Shown: one piece after another, positions 12,507-25,255 of the stretch | How the letters are laid out: every line of letters begins with the position of its first letter | Position numbering within the stretch: position 1 is the stretch's first letter | NCBI GenBank assembly: GCA_003971905.1 | Contig: RSEE01000026.1 | Span: 496,001-560,000, forward strand | Length of the DNA: 64,000 bases | Reading direction: 5' to 3' | Source: Moniliella sp. 'wahieum' | Lineage: Eukaryota | Notes under the pieces: generated by a model | What the model was told of the DNA's origin: nothing | What the model saw: only the letters and a program-made list of their open reading frames with translations | The model's database searches: none | Made by a program: the position numbers and the translations under genes

Positions 12507-14176
12507 TCACAGATCATCCTGATCCATCTGTAGGCCCATGAGCGAACGGCTGACGATGGGCTTCTGCTCACAAGTGTGAATGTGCTCGTACACAACACTG
12601 CGGGGGCATCGGCCCGTGTTGACGCACCGACTCACCACCCGGCCTGTGTGTCTCCCTTCCGACCAAGCCCCTTGGTAGTACCCGAACATGGCCACCGAGT
12701 TGGCCTCACCCGTAAAGAAAACCGCATTGTTCCCCACGGGCTGACGGAGGTTGGAATGATGTTGGTCCAATTGACCCAGGGGCCAATTGGAGTAAGAGCC
12801 ACGGAAGAGCGGGTCCTGATCCCAGCGAGGAATGACCATGTCCAGCGGTTCAGGTACATCGTCCCCATACATTTCCCGCAACTTCATCATCACTTCCTGC
12901 TTCACCTCAGCATCCGGCATGGCGCCTACCCGACGAGCCTCGGCATCCACGTTGGTCACGAACGTCGCCCAGCCTTGGGATGGGCCGTCAAAGAATCCTC
13001 GTGGTTGAGATTTTGCCAGAGCGGGTACCGCCCCCCTCCTCGGGGTCGGCATACAACTGGAACTGGGTGTCACGCCAAAACTTGCGCGGGAAGAGGAGGA
13101 AGATCTTTTGGTAGAGCGCCATACCAAATGTATAGATTGCTTCCTTTTTCCAGTTGGGCAAGCGCGGGGTCCAAGTCACCATGTTGTCTTGCAAGACACC
13201 AATGCTGAACGTGACAATGACATGCTTGCGAGCGACGAACGTGCCCTGGCTGGTACTAATGCGGGGCGAATCGCGCGAGTAATCAATGTTGCTGACGGTG
13301 GTGTTGAGCCAAAGACGCGGATCCGAGGTAAGCTCCTCCACGCCAAACGCTTCGCGCAGCTCCTGCTCGTAAATGTACTTGAACCCACGTTGATCGACCA
13401 CAAGCCGGTCGTGCTCAGGCTCCTCGGAAAAGGAGAAGGTGTTGTGCAGACTGCACAGTTCGGGAGGCTGGGCATAGGTAAAGTCGGTGTGGAACCACTC
13501 GTATACCTTTTCCAGCGGCGAACGCGGGAGCCAGTCCTTGATGCTAAACCCGGCCGGGTGGAGATATCCACCTGACTCGATTTGATCCGGCGCTTGGCAT
13601 ACTTGCGCACCCGCGCCATCGTCTCATCGAATTGCGGCGCAAAACTCAATGCCTCGTCGGTTTCTTCCAACCACCGACCCCGTGGACCTGGAGCCGCTTC
13701 ATCTTCATCGACACTCCACTTGCCATCGAAAAGTCGCGCTTGCCATAATTTTGCTGCACTGTCTCGAGGCCCCACTTATCTGCCAGCGCCGCAATCTGTT
13801 CTCGTCCAACCCCTTGGATCCAGTTGCCGCCCTTTCAATATACAGCGTGCGGCCGGTCGTTGGGTCGGTCAGCGATTCGCGGTACGCGCGCCCACCCACC
13901 TCGGGACGCGCATCGAGGATGAGAATGTCGGTCACGTTGTGCTTGATGAGTTCCGTCGCGGCTGCAATCCCGGACACGCCAGCACCCAGAATGATCACGT
14001 CAGCCGTCGCGACGGCTGAGGCGGGTGAGGCCGCGGAAGGTAGAGGGAATGTGGATGTCGTGTGACACTGTTGGCTGATCCTGCAACGGCAGTTGCTGCG
14101 AGGGCAGGGCTAGTGCCGCCGAGGCCGTTGCAAGCGCGGCGACGAGCAGGTGGAGCGGTTGAGAGCGAACACGCAT
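12507..14176 (-). CDS. Secreted flavin-containing amine oxidase (polyamine oxidase-like)
   Basis: Hydrophobic N-terminus MRVRSQPLHLLVAALATASAALA, FAD motif IILGAGVSGIAAA..EVGGR, VDQRGFKY, VIVTFSIGVLQ, KIFLLFPRKFW, WDQDPLFRGSYSNWP, FFTGEA. Several frameshifts. Confidence 0.9.
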
Positions 14177-16511
14177 TGCCGCCGAAAGGAGGAGAAGAAG
14201 ACGTTGGTTGGCGAAGGAGAGAGGGGTGATAGTCGCCAGCAGTTGGCACGGGAGAGATAGGACGCGTAATAGCGGGCTGGGGATATATACACTCTTCACA
14301 CCCCCAGTCATACTCCCACCCCCCAGCGCCGACGATTCAAGCTCCCAGCTTCAAGCGTCACGATTCGGGCCTCAGATTCAGATGCTCAATACTCGGGTCG
14401 GCTGGCGCCGGGTAAGATCTGAGAGACGGGGAGGGGACACTGGCGCAGTGCGTGGTGCTCCACACCAGCAGCGTGGTTGGGCTTTCCGATCCCACTGGCC
14501 CGATAGCGCGCTGCGTCTCATATCATCTGCGCACGGCGACAGTCTCCGCGCTTGCGGCGCCAGCCGTTGTCCCGAGCAGTGCGATTTCAAAATGCCCGGG
14601 CGCTGGCCTAGTGCCGAAGCTCGGTCGGGGCACGGGGGCAGCACGGGGCAGCACTGCGGCTGCAGTTCGGCGCCGTTCGGCGCCGCGCCAGCCAAGCCTA
14701 TAGCAGGGGATAGCAGAGCATGGTTCAGTAATGTCGTTGAAGGAATATGAATCTGGAATGAATCTGGCATCTTACTAGCTTCAGCCCCTCTCTCACCACC
14801 TCCTTCCCACAATCCCGTCCACCACTATGCCTATACTCAGATCCTAGATCTCAGATACCCGTGTCACATGGTGCATGAGCGCATCAGCTGCCAAAACTCA
14901 AGCTCCCTTTTACTGTACTCGTGTCATTTCCAGACGAGCTTACGCGTAAGGCTGAGACTCAGCCGATAAAGAAACGCTGCGCCTATCAGAGACTCGCTCG
15001 TCTGGCGTGTGCTGCCTTTTCGTGCCAACCCGCTCGAGAGGAAAATGGACTCGCCAGCAGGTCATGGCCCTCTGTCTCCGACCATTCGCTTCCAAACAGG
15101 ATGCAGCGCGAGTGGATACGAATGAGCGTGGTAGACATGCGAGCGATGAACTCGATGGACGATGAACGATATCCAAAAACTGAGACTTCAGTAAAAGATA
15201 GGGATCCTCAACATCTCGTTGGCCTTCTTGATGGCATAATACCTGCGCGTCGTCATTTTTTAGGCAGACTGCGCTTCAATTAGTGAGGTAGAACGTGTAT
15301 GCTGTCCCAAAAATGGGGACGGCAGCGCTTTGGGTCAAAGGAGGCGGCACAGAAGACTATTAGCGCAGAGACCGGCACACAAACTATGGATCCCTTTTGA
15401 AACCCACGGTACTAATCTTGCAGCAGAAAGTGGCTCGGGATGTGCATCGCCAGTGCATGGATGTGTCGACGCGGAAGAGTCGATCCCACTTCACATTCAC
15501 TCAGACCGCTGCCCCCTCCGAGGACACCATGTCCCACAAAGAGAGGACACTGCCGGACCCTGTTCTGCTAAGAACCTTTTCGTCCCATGGCCATCTACCA
15601 CTCGCTGCGTCCGTGGCATCCTGCGCCAGGTTGGTTGGCCTGAACGCTATGCCTGCTGCCATCGCGCCCCAAGCCGCTCGTTCAAGGGCAGACGAGCAGG
15701 CGGCTTCAATTCGGGCCGACCCATCCAAGTACAAATGCGTATGTGCCTACTGCCGCTTCACCCGGACCTAGGTCTTCAGAACCGTCGAATGATACACTGC
15801 TCTTCAATCACGAGTATGTTATTCGCCCCGAAGGGCTGGAAAGGGCTGATGCAGCCGTTGGCGAATGGTTTTTTGTTAGGAAGGGAAGCCAGGAACCTGC
15901 ATTTGCCCTGGGACGCAGCAACCTGCCTCAACATCTTCAACGTCCATTAGTACTTGGTGGTGGTATACGTCTCGCCGCAGAGCCCTACGCCCGCCCGTCT
16001 CGACGCGCCTCCACAACCTGCATCCGCCACCGCTGGGCGCTTTGAATCCACTGGGGATGAGGTAAGCTGCGCTAGGTCTCAATGTTGCAACCTGCTAACC
16101 TCCCACCCGGGGAAGGACGAAGCTTGAAGCTGAAAGGCTGAAGCTTGAAGGATGTCTGCGGGAGAAGAAGAAAGAGAGTGGCTGCTTCTTTTGTATACCG
16201 CCATATATCCTGCCCCTGGAGGTGGGGCACCCCACAGGTTCAGAGCCAGTCCCCGGCACCGCTGCTAGCGATGGCCCCGACGGGGGTTTACTGCTGTCCC
16301 GTTGAACCAAGCAAAAACAACCAGGATTTAGACGAGCAGCAGGGGAAGCCAGCCCGAAACCGTTAGGGTTGCTGCCTGACACTGCCCCCAAGCTGCCCTC
16401 AGCATCATCGGCCGTCGATTTCTGGGCCAACAAAAAGTGTTGCTTCGGCTTACGGGCGTGACGCTGCCTTTCCACCACCACCTAGGCACCTTGCGCGTCC
16501 CCCCTTTCACC

Positions 16512-18513
16512 ATGGCACCCAGACGCGCCCGTGCTGCCCCCAAGCCGTCGTCCAAAGACGCGGCATCTGCACCCACCGCCGCTGCTCCCACTGGAACGGC
16601 TTCGACCGAGACCAATGGCACGGCTAAGCGCGCCAAGCGTCCGCGCTCGGCCACCCCGGACGAAGGTGCTGACGAGCCAGCCAAGCAAGCCAAGCGCGAG
16701 TCCAGCCCCGCGCCAGCCCAAGCACAGCCCACCAAGAAACCCCGCGTGGTCAAGTCAGGATTTTCCAACCCGGCTCCTTCCCCCTTTCCTGCCCCCACCC
16801 ACCTGCACGCGGCAAAGCCGGCCGAAGGCACGCAAGCCACCCGTTCCCTTTCATCTGGGGCAACGGAGATATGGGCCAGCTCGGACTGGGCACCGATGCT
16901 CTGGATGAAATTCAGCGCCCGCGGATCCATGCGTGGGTTCAAGAGAAGACGGCAGAAGGAAAGCTCGGTCCGCATGGGTTGGAGCAGGTTGCTGCCGGCG
17001 GTCTTCACACGCTCGCCCTTGACTCAAACGGCACGGTACGTGCTACCCTTCCTTCTTTCATCGACCAATCGCGGCAGGTTCCAGATCCGACTCTGAATTG
17101 ATTTACTGACTCATTTTCTCCTCCCTACGCGTTACGACAGGTATGGACGTGGGGGATTAACGACAATGCTGCGCTGGGCCGTAGCACCACACGCGATCCG
17201 GAGCGCGATTCGGAAGAATTCGAAACTGTGCCCACTCCTGTTGAGGCCATGTCGCCTTCGGGCGAAGGCGTGATTGGCGGCGACGGTCCCGATGGCGGAA
17301 AGGTGGGCAAGGTGGAGAAGTTCCGTGCTACTCGTGTCGCCGCTTCTAACTCGTGCTCCGTCGCTCTGAATGAGGCTGGCGAGTTGCGCGTCTGGGCTCT
17401 TTCCGGGTACGTGGTAGCTATCGGGAGCACCGGGTCGAGCTGGCGGGCTACTGATGGAATGAACTAACTGTTTCCTGTTTTTTTGTTTTTTGTTTGTTTT
17501 TGTTTCCTTCTTTTCAGAGCAATGATGGCCTGCTTGGATTTGATCCGACCCCGACAGCAGCCAAGCTGCAGTTCACCCCTCGCCCGCTCCATGGTCTCGA
17601 GAAGATCAAGTTTTCAGCTGTGGTGTGCGGGGAGGACCACGTGCTTGCTCTTTCTCAACAGGCACAGTTTGGAGTTGGGGCAACGGCCAACAATCCCAGT
17701 TGGGTCGCCGTGTGATTGAGCGGCGCAAGCTCAACGCCCTGTTCCCAGCTAAGCTCGCGCTCCGTAAGATTGTTACGATTGGGTGTGGATCGTATCACTC
17801 TTTTGCGGTCAACGAAGCGGGAAAGGTTATGCCTGGGGCCTCAACACGTTTGGTCAGTTGGGCATGGAGACAGCCGAGGACCAAGTCGTCGAGCCTTTGC
17901 TCGTCGAGGCATTGTTGCCTGAAAAGCACAATGGCGCCAAAGTGATTCAGATCGACGCTGGCTCCCACTTCACCCTGTTCCTCTTTGACAATGGCCAGGT
18001 GTGGGGTCGGGACGGTGCGACGGCAATGAGCTCGGCCTGGGCGAAGATCATCCTGCCAAAATTACCCTGATCAAGGAACGCGAGGCCTGGGCGGCCGAGC
18101 GCGAAGTTCAGCTGCAGGAAGAGTTGAAGGCCTACGAAGCCATGAAAGCAAAGAAAGAGGCTCACATTGGTACTGAGGGCGCGTTTGCAGGCGTGCTCTC
18201 AGCGGAGGATTTGCCGCCGGTACGCGGTCCTCCCCCGGACGAGTACCTGACCGAGCCCGTTCATATTCCCTTCCCTGACAATCGCCACATTGTCCAAGTT
18301 TCCGCTGGCCCTCGCTACTCGGTCGCCGTGTCTCGCGATGGCCACGCTTACACCTGGGGGTTGGGCCAGAACTCGGAGCTCGGACAAGGCGGTGAGGAGA
18401 CGGTCGAGACGCCCACGCTGCTCACGAGCAAATCTCTACGCCAGGCTGTGAGCTTGGCTACCTCCGCTGGAGGACAGCACGCCATCTTGCTCACCCTGCC
18501 CCGCGCCGAATAA
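16512..18513 (+). CDS. RCC1: RCC1 family Ran guanine nucleotide exchange factor (Pim1/Srm1-like)
   Basis: Basic N-terminal tail, then RCC1 repeats: MGQLGLG, VAAGGLHTLAL, WTWGINDNAALGR, WSWGNGQQSQLGRR, YAWGLNTFGQLG, YTWGLGQNSELGQG, SAGGQH. Introns at ~17036-17140 and ~17407-17517. Confidence 0.93.
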
Positions 18514-19220
18514 GGCACAATCGAATCGATGCGATGCGACCCGGCGTGCTGGACCGTTCTGGATTATATCTTCTTTCGACTTGCAATGTCCCCAAGCCAC
18601 CCTGCCCTTTTCCAGTTGCTCCAGTAGACCTCTCTGCTTCCTCCGCCCCCGTGCGCCCTGGATGATGGATAACACCGCATTGGCCAACCAGCTCGCTCTG
18701 GCCAAGGCGGGGCAGGATGGTTTGTTTCTTGCCGAGCTAAAATTGCGTTTGAACCTGGACTAGCTGGACTGCCGCTCTCGGTTGTCGCTGCCTGGATTTG
18801 TCGGTAGTACGGTGTGTAGTCACTAGTCACTAGCTTCACTAGTCAAAGGTTGAAGGACGCAGGACGTAGGGAAAGGGTAGCTTGAGGGAACTGGAGGAGG
18901 CAAGTTGGGACCAAGCCTGGACTAGCGCTGCTTACCGCCAGCGCCCCTAGTGCATGTGTCGAGCGTGTTAGTGTCGATGGGAGGGTGCACGGCGCGCGAA
19001 CCCACAAGCTTGGCGGCTGTGGTGTTGCTTGCTGCTGTGGGGCAAATTCAGTTGCGCAGGTATCATGCATCAAACATCATGCATCGTACATCATGATCGA
19101 TCAGCAACTCCCTCACTTGAATTGAACGCTGGGTCCCATCTTGGCCGTCTCTACCATCGCACCCGTCTTCTGCTGTGAGTTGGTCAACACTACCTGGCTC
19201 GGGAGGTCAGCTGACGAGAG

Positions 19221-20620
19221 ATGAGGTCGTCATTGGAGCTGGACTACCAAGGGCAGCTGCCTTCGCTGCGCTTGTACACCCAGCTGGCACTGGTCTACTC
19301 CCTTCCCCCGGCCGGCGTCGAGGCAGGCCAGGTGGAGCAGATCGTGCGCGCCGGGCTTGTGCGCCTGGCTCATTTCTTGCCTTGGACGACAGGCGCAGTT
19401 GAAGTGCGTGGTGGCACCTCCACCCGCTCAGGAACCTACTTTTTGTCGTGGGATGACGCCCAGCCAGTCGAGCAGCGCATCCAGTTGGTTCTGCGGGACC
19501 GGAGAGGGGAACAGGTCGGCTCGGGTCTCACCCCGCTCCCCGAGCACTTGGTTTGTCCGTATCCTACGTTCCTGCCTGCCGGCGCGCCGGAGTATGCGCT
19601 CGTGACCCAGATCACCATCCTCGACCATACCCTGGTCCTTACCACCCTCACTTCCCATGCTACTGCGGATCTTATGGGCCAGGCGAGTCTCTTGCGTTGG
19701 CTCGATCGGTGCTGTCGCAACGCGCCCCTCACCACAGAAGACATGGCAGTGGGGATGCAAAAACGGGAGGAGGTCGTACCTATTTTCCCGTCTACCTGGC
19801 GTCCTGGACCCGAGATGGACTTCCCCTTGCCTCCTGCCGACATGGGCGGGGAGAAGCCCGAGCCCGAGCCTGAGCCCAGACACAGGAGGAGCGGAGCTGG
19901 GTCGTGTTTCGTTTTTCTGCGCCCCATTTGGCCCGGATCAAACGCGAAGCTCATCTTGCCCTTGCGGAGGATCAGTGGGTTTCGACTGACGATGTGCTGA
20001 CAGCAGCCGTGTGGGGTGCATTGACACGCATTCGTCTTCAAGCTGCTCCTTTGGCCTCGCATACTTCTCCTGTCCTCCTTTCCCGCGCCGTGGACATGCG
20101 CAGCGCATTCCATGTCGCTTCGTCGTACCCGGGATTGCTCGAGCACCTCCCCCTCCACGTTCTGCCAGCCGCCGAACTTGTCTCTGCTCCCTTGGGACGT
20201 CTGGCCTGGCACCTGCGCCAGCGTCTGGCCGACAAGCCCACCCTCGTGGCCCAGACGCGCGGCTGGGCGACGCTCATCCACCGTACCGCTCACAAGGACA
20301 CGGTGAACCTGCTGGGCCCACTCGATACCCAGCGGGGAGACATTATGGTTTCCTCCTGGGCCAAGGCAGATGTGTGGGGGCTACGGATGGGCTTGGACGG
20401 ACTGGGGATAGGACCTGCGAGGGCAGTGTGGCGGCCCACCTTCCCCGCCGTGCGGGGACTGGTGTACTTTCTCCCCAAGCACCCGGATGGGCAGGTGGAC
20501 GTGATGCTTTGTTTGACCCAGCAGGAATCGGAGGCGCTGGCGATGGATCCGGTGTGGGTGGGGGCCCAGAGGCTAAGCACTGACGCTCCGCTTGAGCCTC
20601 GTGCCCCATCACTTGCTTAG
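19221..20620 (+). CDS. BAHD-type acyltransferase, trichothecene 3-O-acetyltransferase (TRI101/AYT1)-like
   Basis: LDYQGQLPSLRLYTQL, HxxxD motif HATADLMGQ, RAVDMR, DIMVSSWAK, AVWRPTFPAVRGLVYFLPKHPDG. One frameshift near 19880; the exact start is uncertain. Confidence 0.85.
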
Positions 20621-21182
20621 CTCGTGCAGCCCCAGTCCTCCGGGCTGTGTTGAGTCGTGTGCTCCCGCGACTTGACCCGCCCCTTGCGACTCTCCAATGC
20701 AATGCGACCTCTTGCTTCTTCCACCTGCGGCTGGGAAAGGGGAGGGTTCGGCCGGTGCTGCGGCGACGGCTACGGATAGATAAGCGAGGCGTGGAGAGCC
20801 TGGCTGGGCGTCTGTCGATGCGGGGCGAGAGGGATGAGTACTGAGTAGAATATAGACTCGGCATAGGGCGGCAGGGCAGGCGAGGTGATGTGGCTGTCAC
20901 ATACTCCACCGACGCCGGATGGGACGACCGGGGGTCCGAAGCAGCGGAACAAGGGCGGAATGCAATTTTTTGCATCACGCATGAGGGCGCGGAGCCACAC
21001 CGAGAGACTGGCGCCGTGCCTGCCGCCGTTCTTCGCATGCTGGCGTGGGTGCGGGCCGCTGGCGCGGGCGTGGGCGCGGTGCTGGCGGGTGCGGATGGGC
21101 GGCACCCAGTGGCTAGCTCGTCTCGCCACCACCACCACACACCACACCACCCCGACCCGGTTCTCCCCGCCTGTCTTCCACC

Positions 21183-22577
21183 ATGTCGACCACCAACCCT
21201 AGCGGGCAGGACGCTGACAGCAACATCCAGGTATGCCCCTCCCCTTGCTGCCCTCGCTCTGCCTTGCGTCTCGTTCGCTGACCCCCTTCGTCCCTCAGAT
21301 TTGGAAGATCAAGAAGCTGGTCAAGAGCCTGGACAATGCTCGTGGCGCCGGTACCTCTATGATCAGTCTTATTCTCCCGCCCAAGTCCCAGATCAGCCAG
21401 GCGACCAACATGCTCACCGGTGAGTATGGCACAGCGTCCAACATCAAGTCGCGTGTCAACCGCCTCTCGGTGCTCAGTGCCATCACCTCGACCCAACAGC
21501 GTCTCAAGCTGTACAGCAAGGTGCCCCCAACGGCCTCATCGTCTACTGTGGCACGATTCTTACCGACGAAGGCAAGGAGAAGAAGGTCAACTTTAGCTTT
21601 GAGCCTTTCAAGCCCATCAACACTTCCCTCTATCTCTGCGACAACAAGTTCCACACCGAAGCGCTGTCGGAACTGCTCGAGTCGGACGCTGTGTTTGGGT
21701 TTATCATCATGGACGGCAACGGTTCCCTATACGGCACGGTGTCTGGAAACACCCGTACCGTTCTTCACAAGTTCTCTGTCGACTTGCCCAAGAAGCACGG
21801 GCGTGGTGGTCAGTCCGCCGTCCGTTTCTCCCGTCTGCGTGAAGAGGCGCGGCACAACTACGTTCGCAAAGTCGCCGAGTTGGCCACCCAACACTTTATC
21901 ACTGACAATAAGTGCAATGTTGCCGGTCTCGTCTTGGCTGGTTCGGCCGACTTTAAGACGGTCCTTGCTCAGTCTGATCTCTTCGACCCCCGTCTCAGCG
22001 CCAAGCTCATCCGCACCGTCGACGTGTCGTACGGAGGCGAGAACGGGTTCAACCAGGCGATCGAGGAGGCGTCCGAGTCGCTGCAGAACGTCAAGTTTGT
22101 CCAGGAGAAAAAGTTGATCCAAAAGTACTTTGACGAGATCAGCCTCGAGACGGGCAAGTACTGCTTTGGAATCGACGATACTTTCAAGGCGCTCGAGTTG
22201 GGTGCAGTCGAGACGCTCATTGTGTGGGAAAACTTGGAGATCACGCGGTACGAACTCAAAGACTCCGAGGGCCACACGGTCGTGCTCATGCTCAACAAGG
22301 AGCAGAGAAGGACCGGTCGCGGTTCATTGACCCACTCACCGGCGCCGACTTGGAGCAGGTAGATGAACCCATGCCGTTGCTCGAATGGCTCGCTGAACAC
22401 TACAAAGACTTTGGTACCAACCTCGAGTTTGTCACGGACCGTTCCACCGAAGGCAACCAATTCGTCCGCGGCTTTGGTGGCATTGGTGGCCTGCTGCGGT
22501 ACAAGGTGGCGTTCGAGGATTTGGCCATGTACGAGGACGAAGACGAGGAGTTTATGACGGACGACTCGGACGACTGA
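21183..22577 (+). CDS. SUP45: Eukaryotic peptide chain release factor 1
   Basis: [55 protein letters not shown]. Intron at ~21232-21298; 1-nt deletions near 21528 and 22305. Confidence 0.98.
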
Positions 22578-23240
22578 CTCGCTTGCGCGTCCTGCTCCTC
22601 CAGGGCGCGCCCAGATGGGCACGCCCGAGCCGCCCGGCTTCCCACCCGCTTGGGTCCGTCCTACCTGTCCGCCCAGGCCTAAGAGACTGAAACCTCTCCC
22701 CTCTCCCCATTCCCTCTGATTTTCCCCTTGCCTCTTTGTTTTGGGGCTGTTCGGTTTTGGTTTTCCTGGGCGGACGTGGGCGAAGAACGAGGGGGTTCCA
22801 CCTTGCTTGTGGTCTCTCTCTTGCTCTTCTTTCGACGGTCCTGTGCGGCTGGGTTGCATACCACGAGGCGTATCTCCCCTCCCCCCCCCCCCCCCCTTCC
22901 CATCCAAATCTATGATCCACCGTATTGCTTTCGCTGCTGGGCGCAGTGGCCAGGAAGCAACGAATGTCCGTAGTCACACGTTCCAAGGCAGGCGTAGGAT
23001 TCGAAGGGCTACCAGAAAATAAATTGAGGCGACTGCATCGAAATGTGCCGTCTTACCTAAGCTGGCTGGACACGGTTTCAAGCTTCAAGGGCGAACGTCT
23101 GAATGTGGGTTGCGATCACTTGGCCGGCCGCTCCCAGACCACGACCCACCACCATCACCACCCCTAGTTTTCGCGTCGCGCGGCCCAACACCCAACCCCC
23201 AACATAACATCCCCCATCCACCTCCCACGTTCGACCCACC

Positions 23241-24274
23241 ATGGCGCGCAATGAGGAGAAGGCACAGTCGATGCTCTATCGCTTTCGCGAGGCGCAAGCG
23301 GCCGAGATGGGCATCAACCTCCGCAAGCAAGTTCGTCGTCCACGCATGCCCAGCAGCGTCAAGAACATCAAGGCGGCCGAAAAGTGGCGTGGGCAAGTGG
23401 TAGCTGAGATTAGTCGCAAGGTGGCTCGGATTCAAGATTTGGTCTGACCGACTTTGAGGTGCGCGACTTGAACGACGAAATCAACAAGCTCATGAGCGAA
23501 AAGGGTCGGTGGGAACAACAAATTACCAGTTTGGGTGGACCACGGTGGAGTCGGACTCAGTTCGTCACGGACGACACTGGGTCAGAGGTGCCAGGCACAC
23601 GAGGGTACAAGTATTTTGGCAGAGCTAAGGATCTGCCGGGTGTCAAGGAACTGCTTGCCAAGCAGGCTGAAACCGCGGAGGAACGGCAAGACAAGCAGTA
23701 TACCCATTACCGTCAGTACTACCACCAAACGCCGGTCTACTATGGGTTGGAGGACGATCGCGATCCCTCACTCTTGGCCAACGAACAGGCACAAGAAAAG
23801 GACGATTGGAAGTCCCACGTCGGATTGGTTCTCGTCGAGTTGGGGTACGACCCAGAGGAGGTAGAAGGATGGTATACTAATGGTCACCCCGACCCTTTCC
23901 CCATGCCTCGACGCGAGGCTCACGTTGTCCCCTCCGACGCATCTGCCCCTTCTCGGTCACAAAAGGATAAGAGCAAAAGTAAGAGCAAGGGCAAGGGCAA
24001 GAGCAAGGACAAGAAGAAGGATGAAACACAGCAAGATGAGTCCATGGAGGTGGACGATGCAGAGGCGGCCAATGCGTTCAAAGCCGAAGTGGCCGATTAC
24101 TTGTTTGCTATCCCTGCTGAGCAATTACAGCCGCCGCAGCTACCGTCCAAGGAGGATACGGACAAGTGGCTCCTCCAAGCCCACAAGGAGACGCTTCGGG
24201 CAGAATGTGAGTCCCTCTTCTTTTGCTTGATTGTTCGGGCGAGACTGACCTGTTGCGTGGCAGATTTGCAATGA
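23241..24274 (+). CDS. ISY1: Pre-mRNA splicing factor Isy1 (NineTeen complex)
   Basis: MARNEEKAQSMLYRFR, AEKWRGQV, RDLNDEINKL, GYKYFGRAKDLPGVKEL. Frameshift near 23438; short terminal intron at ~24208-24263. Confidence 0.95.
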
Positions 24275-24408
24275 TTGGTGGGGGTTGATATTATGTTGAT
24301 GAAGTCTGCGCCGTTGGCTAGCCTATCATACCTATTGTAACAAGAACGAAAGCTGCCCAAGGGGCAAAGTACGCAGTTGATCATGTTCATCCCTAGGTAG
24401 GACTGTCT

Positions 24409-25035
24409 ATACGAGAGAGTCGCAATAGCTAGGGTGGTCGTGCAGACATGTCCCTTGCCGCTCTGGAGCACGCGCACCTTGGCTCGGCTGTAGCTGCGTT
24501 TTCGTCCGGTCCTATCCCTTTCCAACTCCAGATCTTCGTGTCGGTAGTGGGGGTAGTGGGGTAGTGGGGCACTGAGGCTGAACCGCTTCAAAAAGACTTT
24601 TCTTGGGGTTAAGCTGGACCTCGGGTTCAAATCCCTTGCACCCATCGACGTAGATCCGATCCCCAGGGACCGACCCAACAACAGCAGGGGGAAAGACCGG
24701 CTCGGCACTGCCACTTGGCTTATAATGGGTCTTGGCCTTCTCGGCCTTCTCGTTGGCTCGATCGGCATACTGAATCGTAGGGAGCCTTTCGTAGATCCGG
24801 CTGAAGACAGGAAGAGAAGCTCCGGTCTTGTTCACGGCTACCTGGACCAAGGGACGAAGGGGAGGGATGGGGGATGGGGGATGTGACGTGTACTAAGCAG
24901 GCGGTGGAAGCGAAACTGTGCTGGATAGAGGCGGGGGCTGAGGCAAGAATGGGAGAAAGCACAAGAAAGAGTGCCAGATCGGCTGCCGAGGGCTCAGTCG
25001 AAGCGGGACGGAAACGTAGACTGTAGCCTCAATGT
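24409..25035 (-). pseudogene. ARC1/AIMP1-like aminoacyl-tRNA synthetase cofactor pseudogene, 3' fragment
   Basis: GST-C-like PSAADLALFLVLSPIL, linker YERLPTIQYADRANEKAEKAK and an EMAPII-type tail GSVPGDRIYVDG..EVQLNPKKSLFEAVQP..GKGHVCTTTLAIATLS. The OB-fold core is absent and the frame is broken. Confidence 0.72.
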
Positions 25036-25189
25036 TGTTAATGCGAGGACAAAAGGCCTACGGAAAGAAGACAGAGGGAGGTGATGGATCTATTCCAAGA
25101 GAGGAGCCCGTTAGGGGCAGAACATAGAGGAGAGTCGGATAGAACAGCGCGATGCGTGATGCGTGATCAGCTGCATGATGGCGCTGACA
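25036..25189 (-). repeat. 3' LTR of the copia element (154 bp)
   Basis: TGTTAATGCG...GCGCTGACA on +; differs from 30276..30431 only by one A and one 3-nt indel in my reading. Confidence 0.97.
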
Positions 25190-25200
25190 GCCCCACCACG
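25190..25200 (-). other. Polypurine tract of the copia element
   Basis: Minus strand CGTGGTGGGGC directly abuts the TG of the 3' LTR. Confidence 0.75.
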
Positions 25201-25255
25201 ACTCGACGCTAGGATCCGACGAGATTGGAAGAGTGACAAATCAAGAGCCAGCTGG

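Noticed and set aside
12576..13575. Long plus-strand ORFs opposite the amine oxidase (and similar antisense ORFs over TOM1, eRF1 and DUF2985)
   Set aside because: Antisense shadows expected in GC-rich coding DNA; no recognisable motifs.
20640..20905. Possible solo LTR ending TGTCACA upstream of eRF1
   Set aside because: No matching TG start with a target-site duplication could be found.
21520..21540. Programmed frameshift in eRF1, analogous to bacterial RF2 autoregulation
   Set aside because: No in-frame stop at the shift site. It is a C-run one base short, and similar indels occur in all neighbouring genes.
21340..21660. Altered stop-codon specificity of eRF1 (variant genetic code)
   Set aside because: GTS, TASNIKS and YxCxxxF motifs are standard, and genes here end in TAA, TAG and TGA.
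24615..24645. tRNA T-arm-like GGGTTCAAATCCC
   Set aside because: No matching acceptor stem or D/anticodon arms; it is the antisense of ARC1-like codons (KGFEPE).
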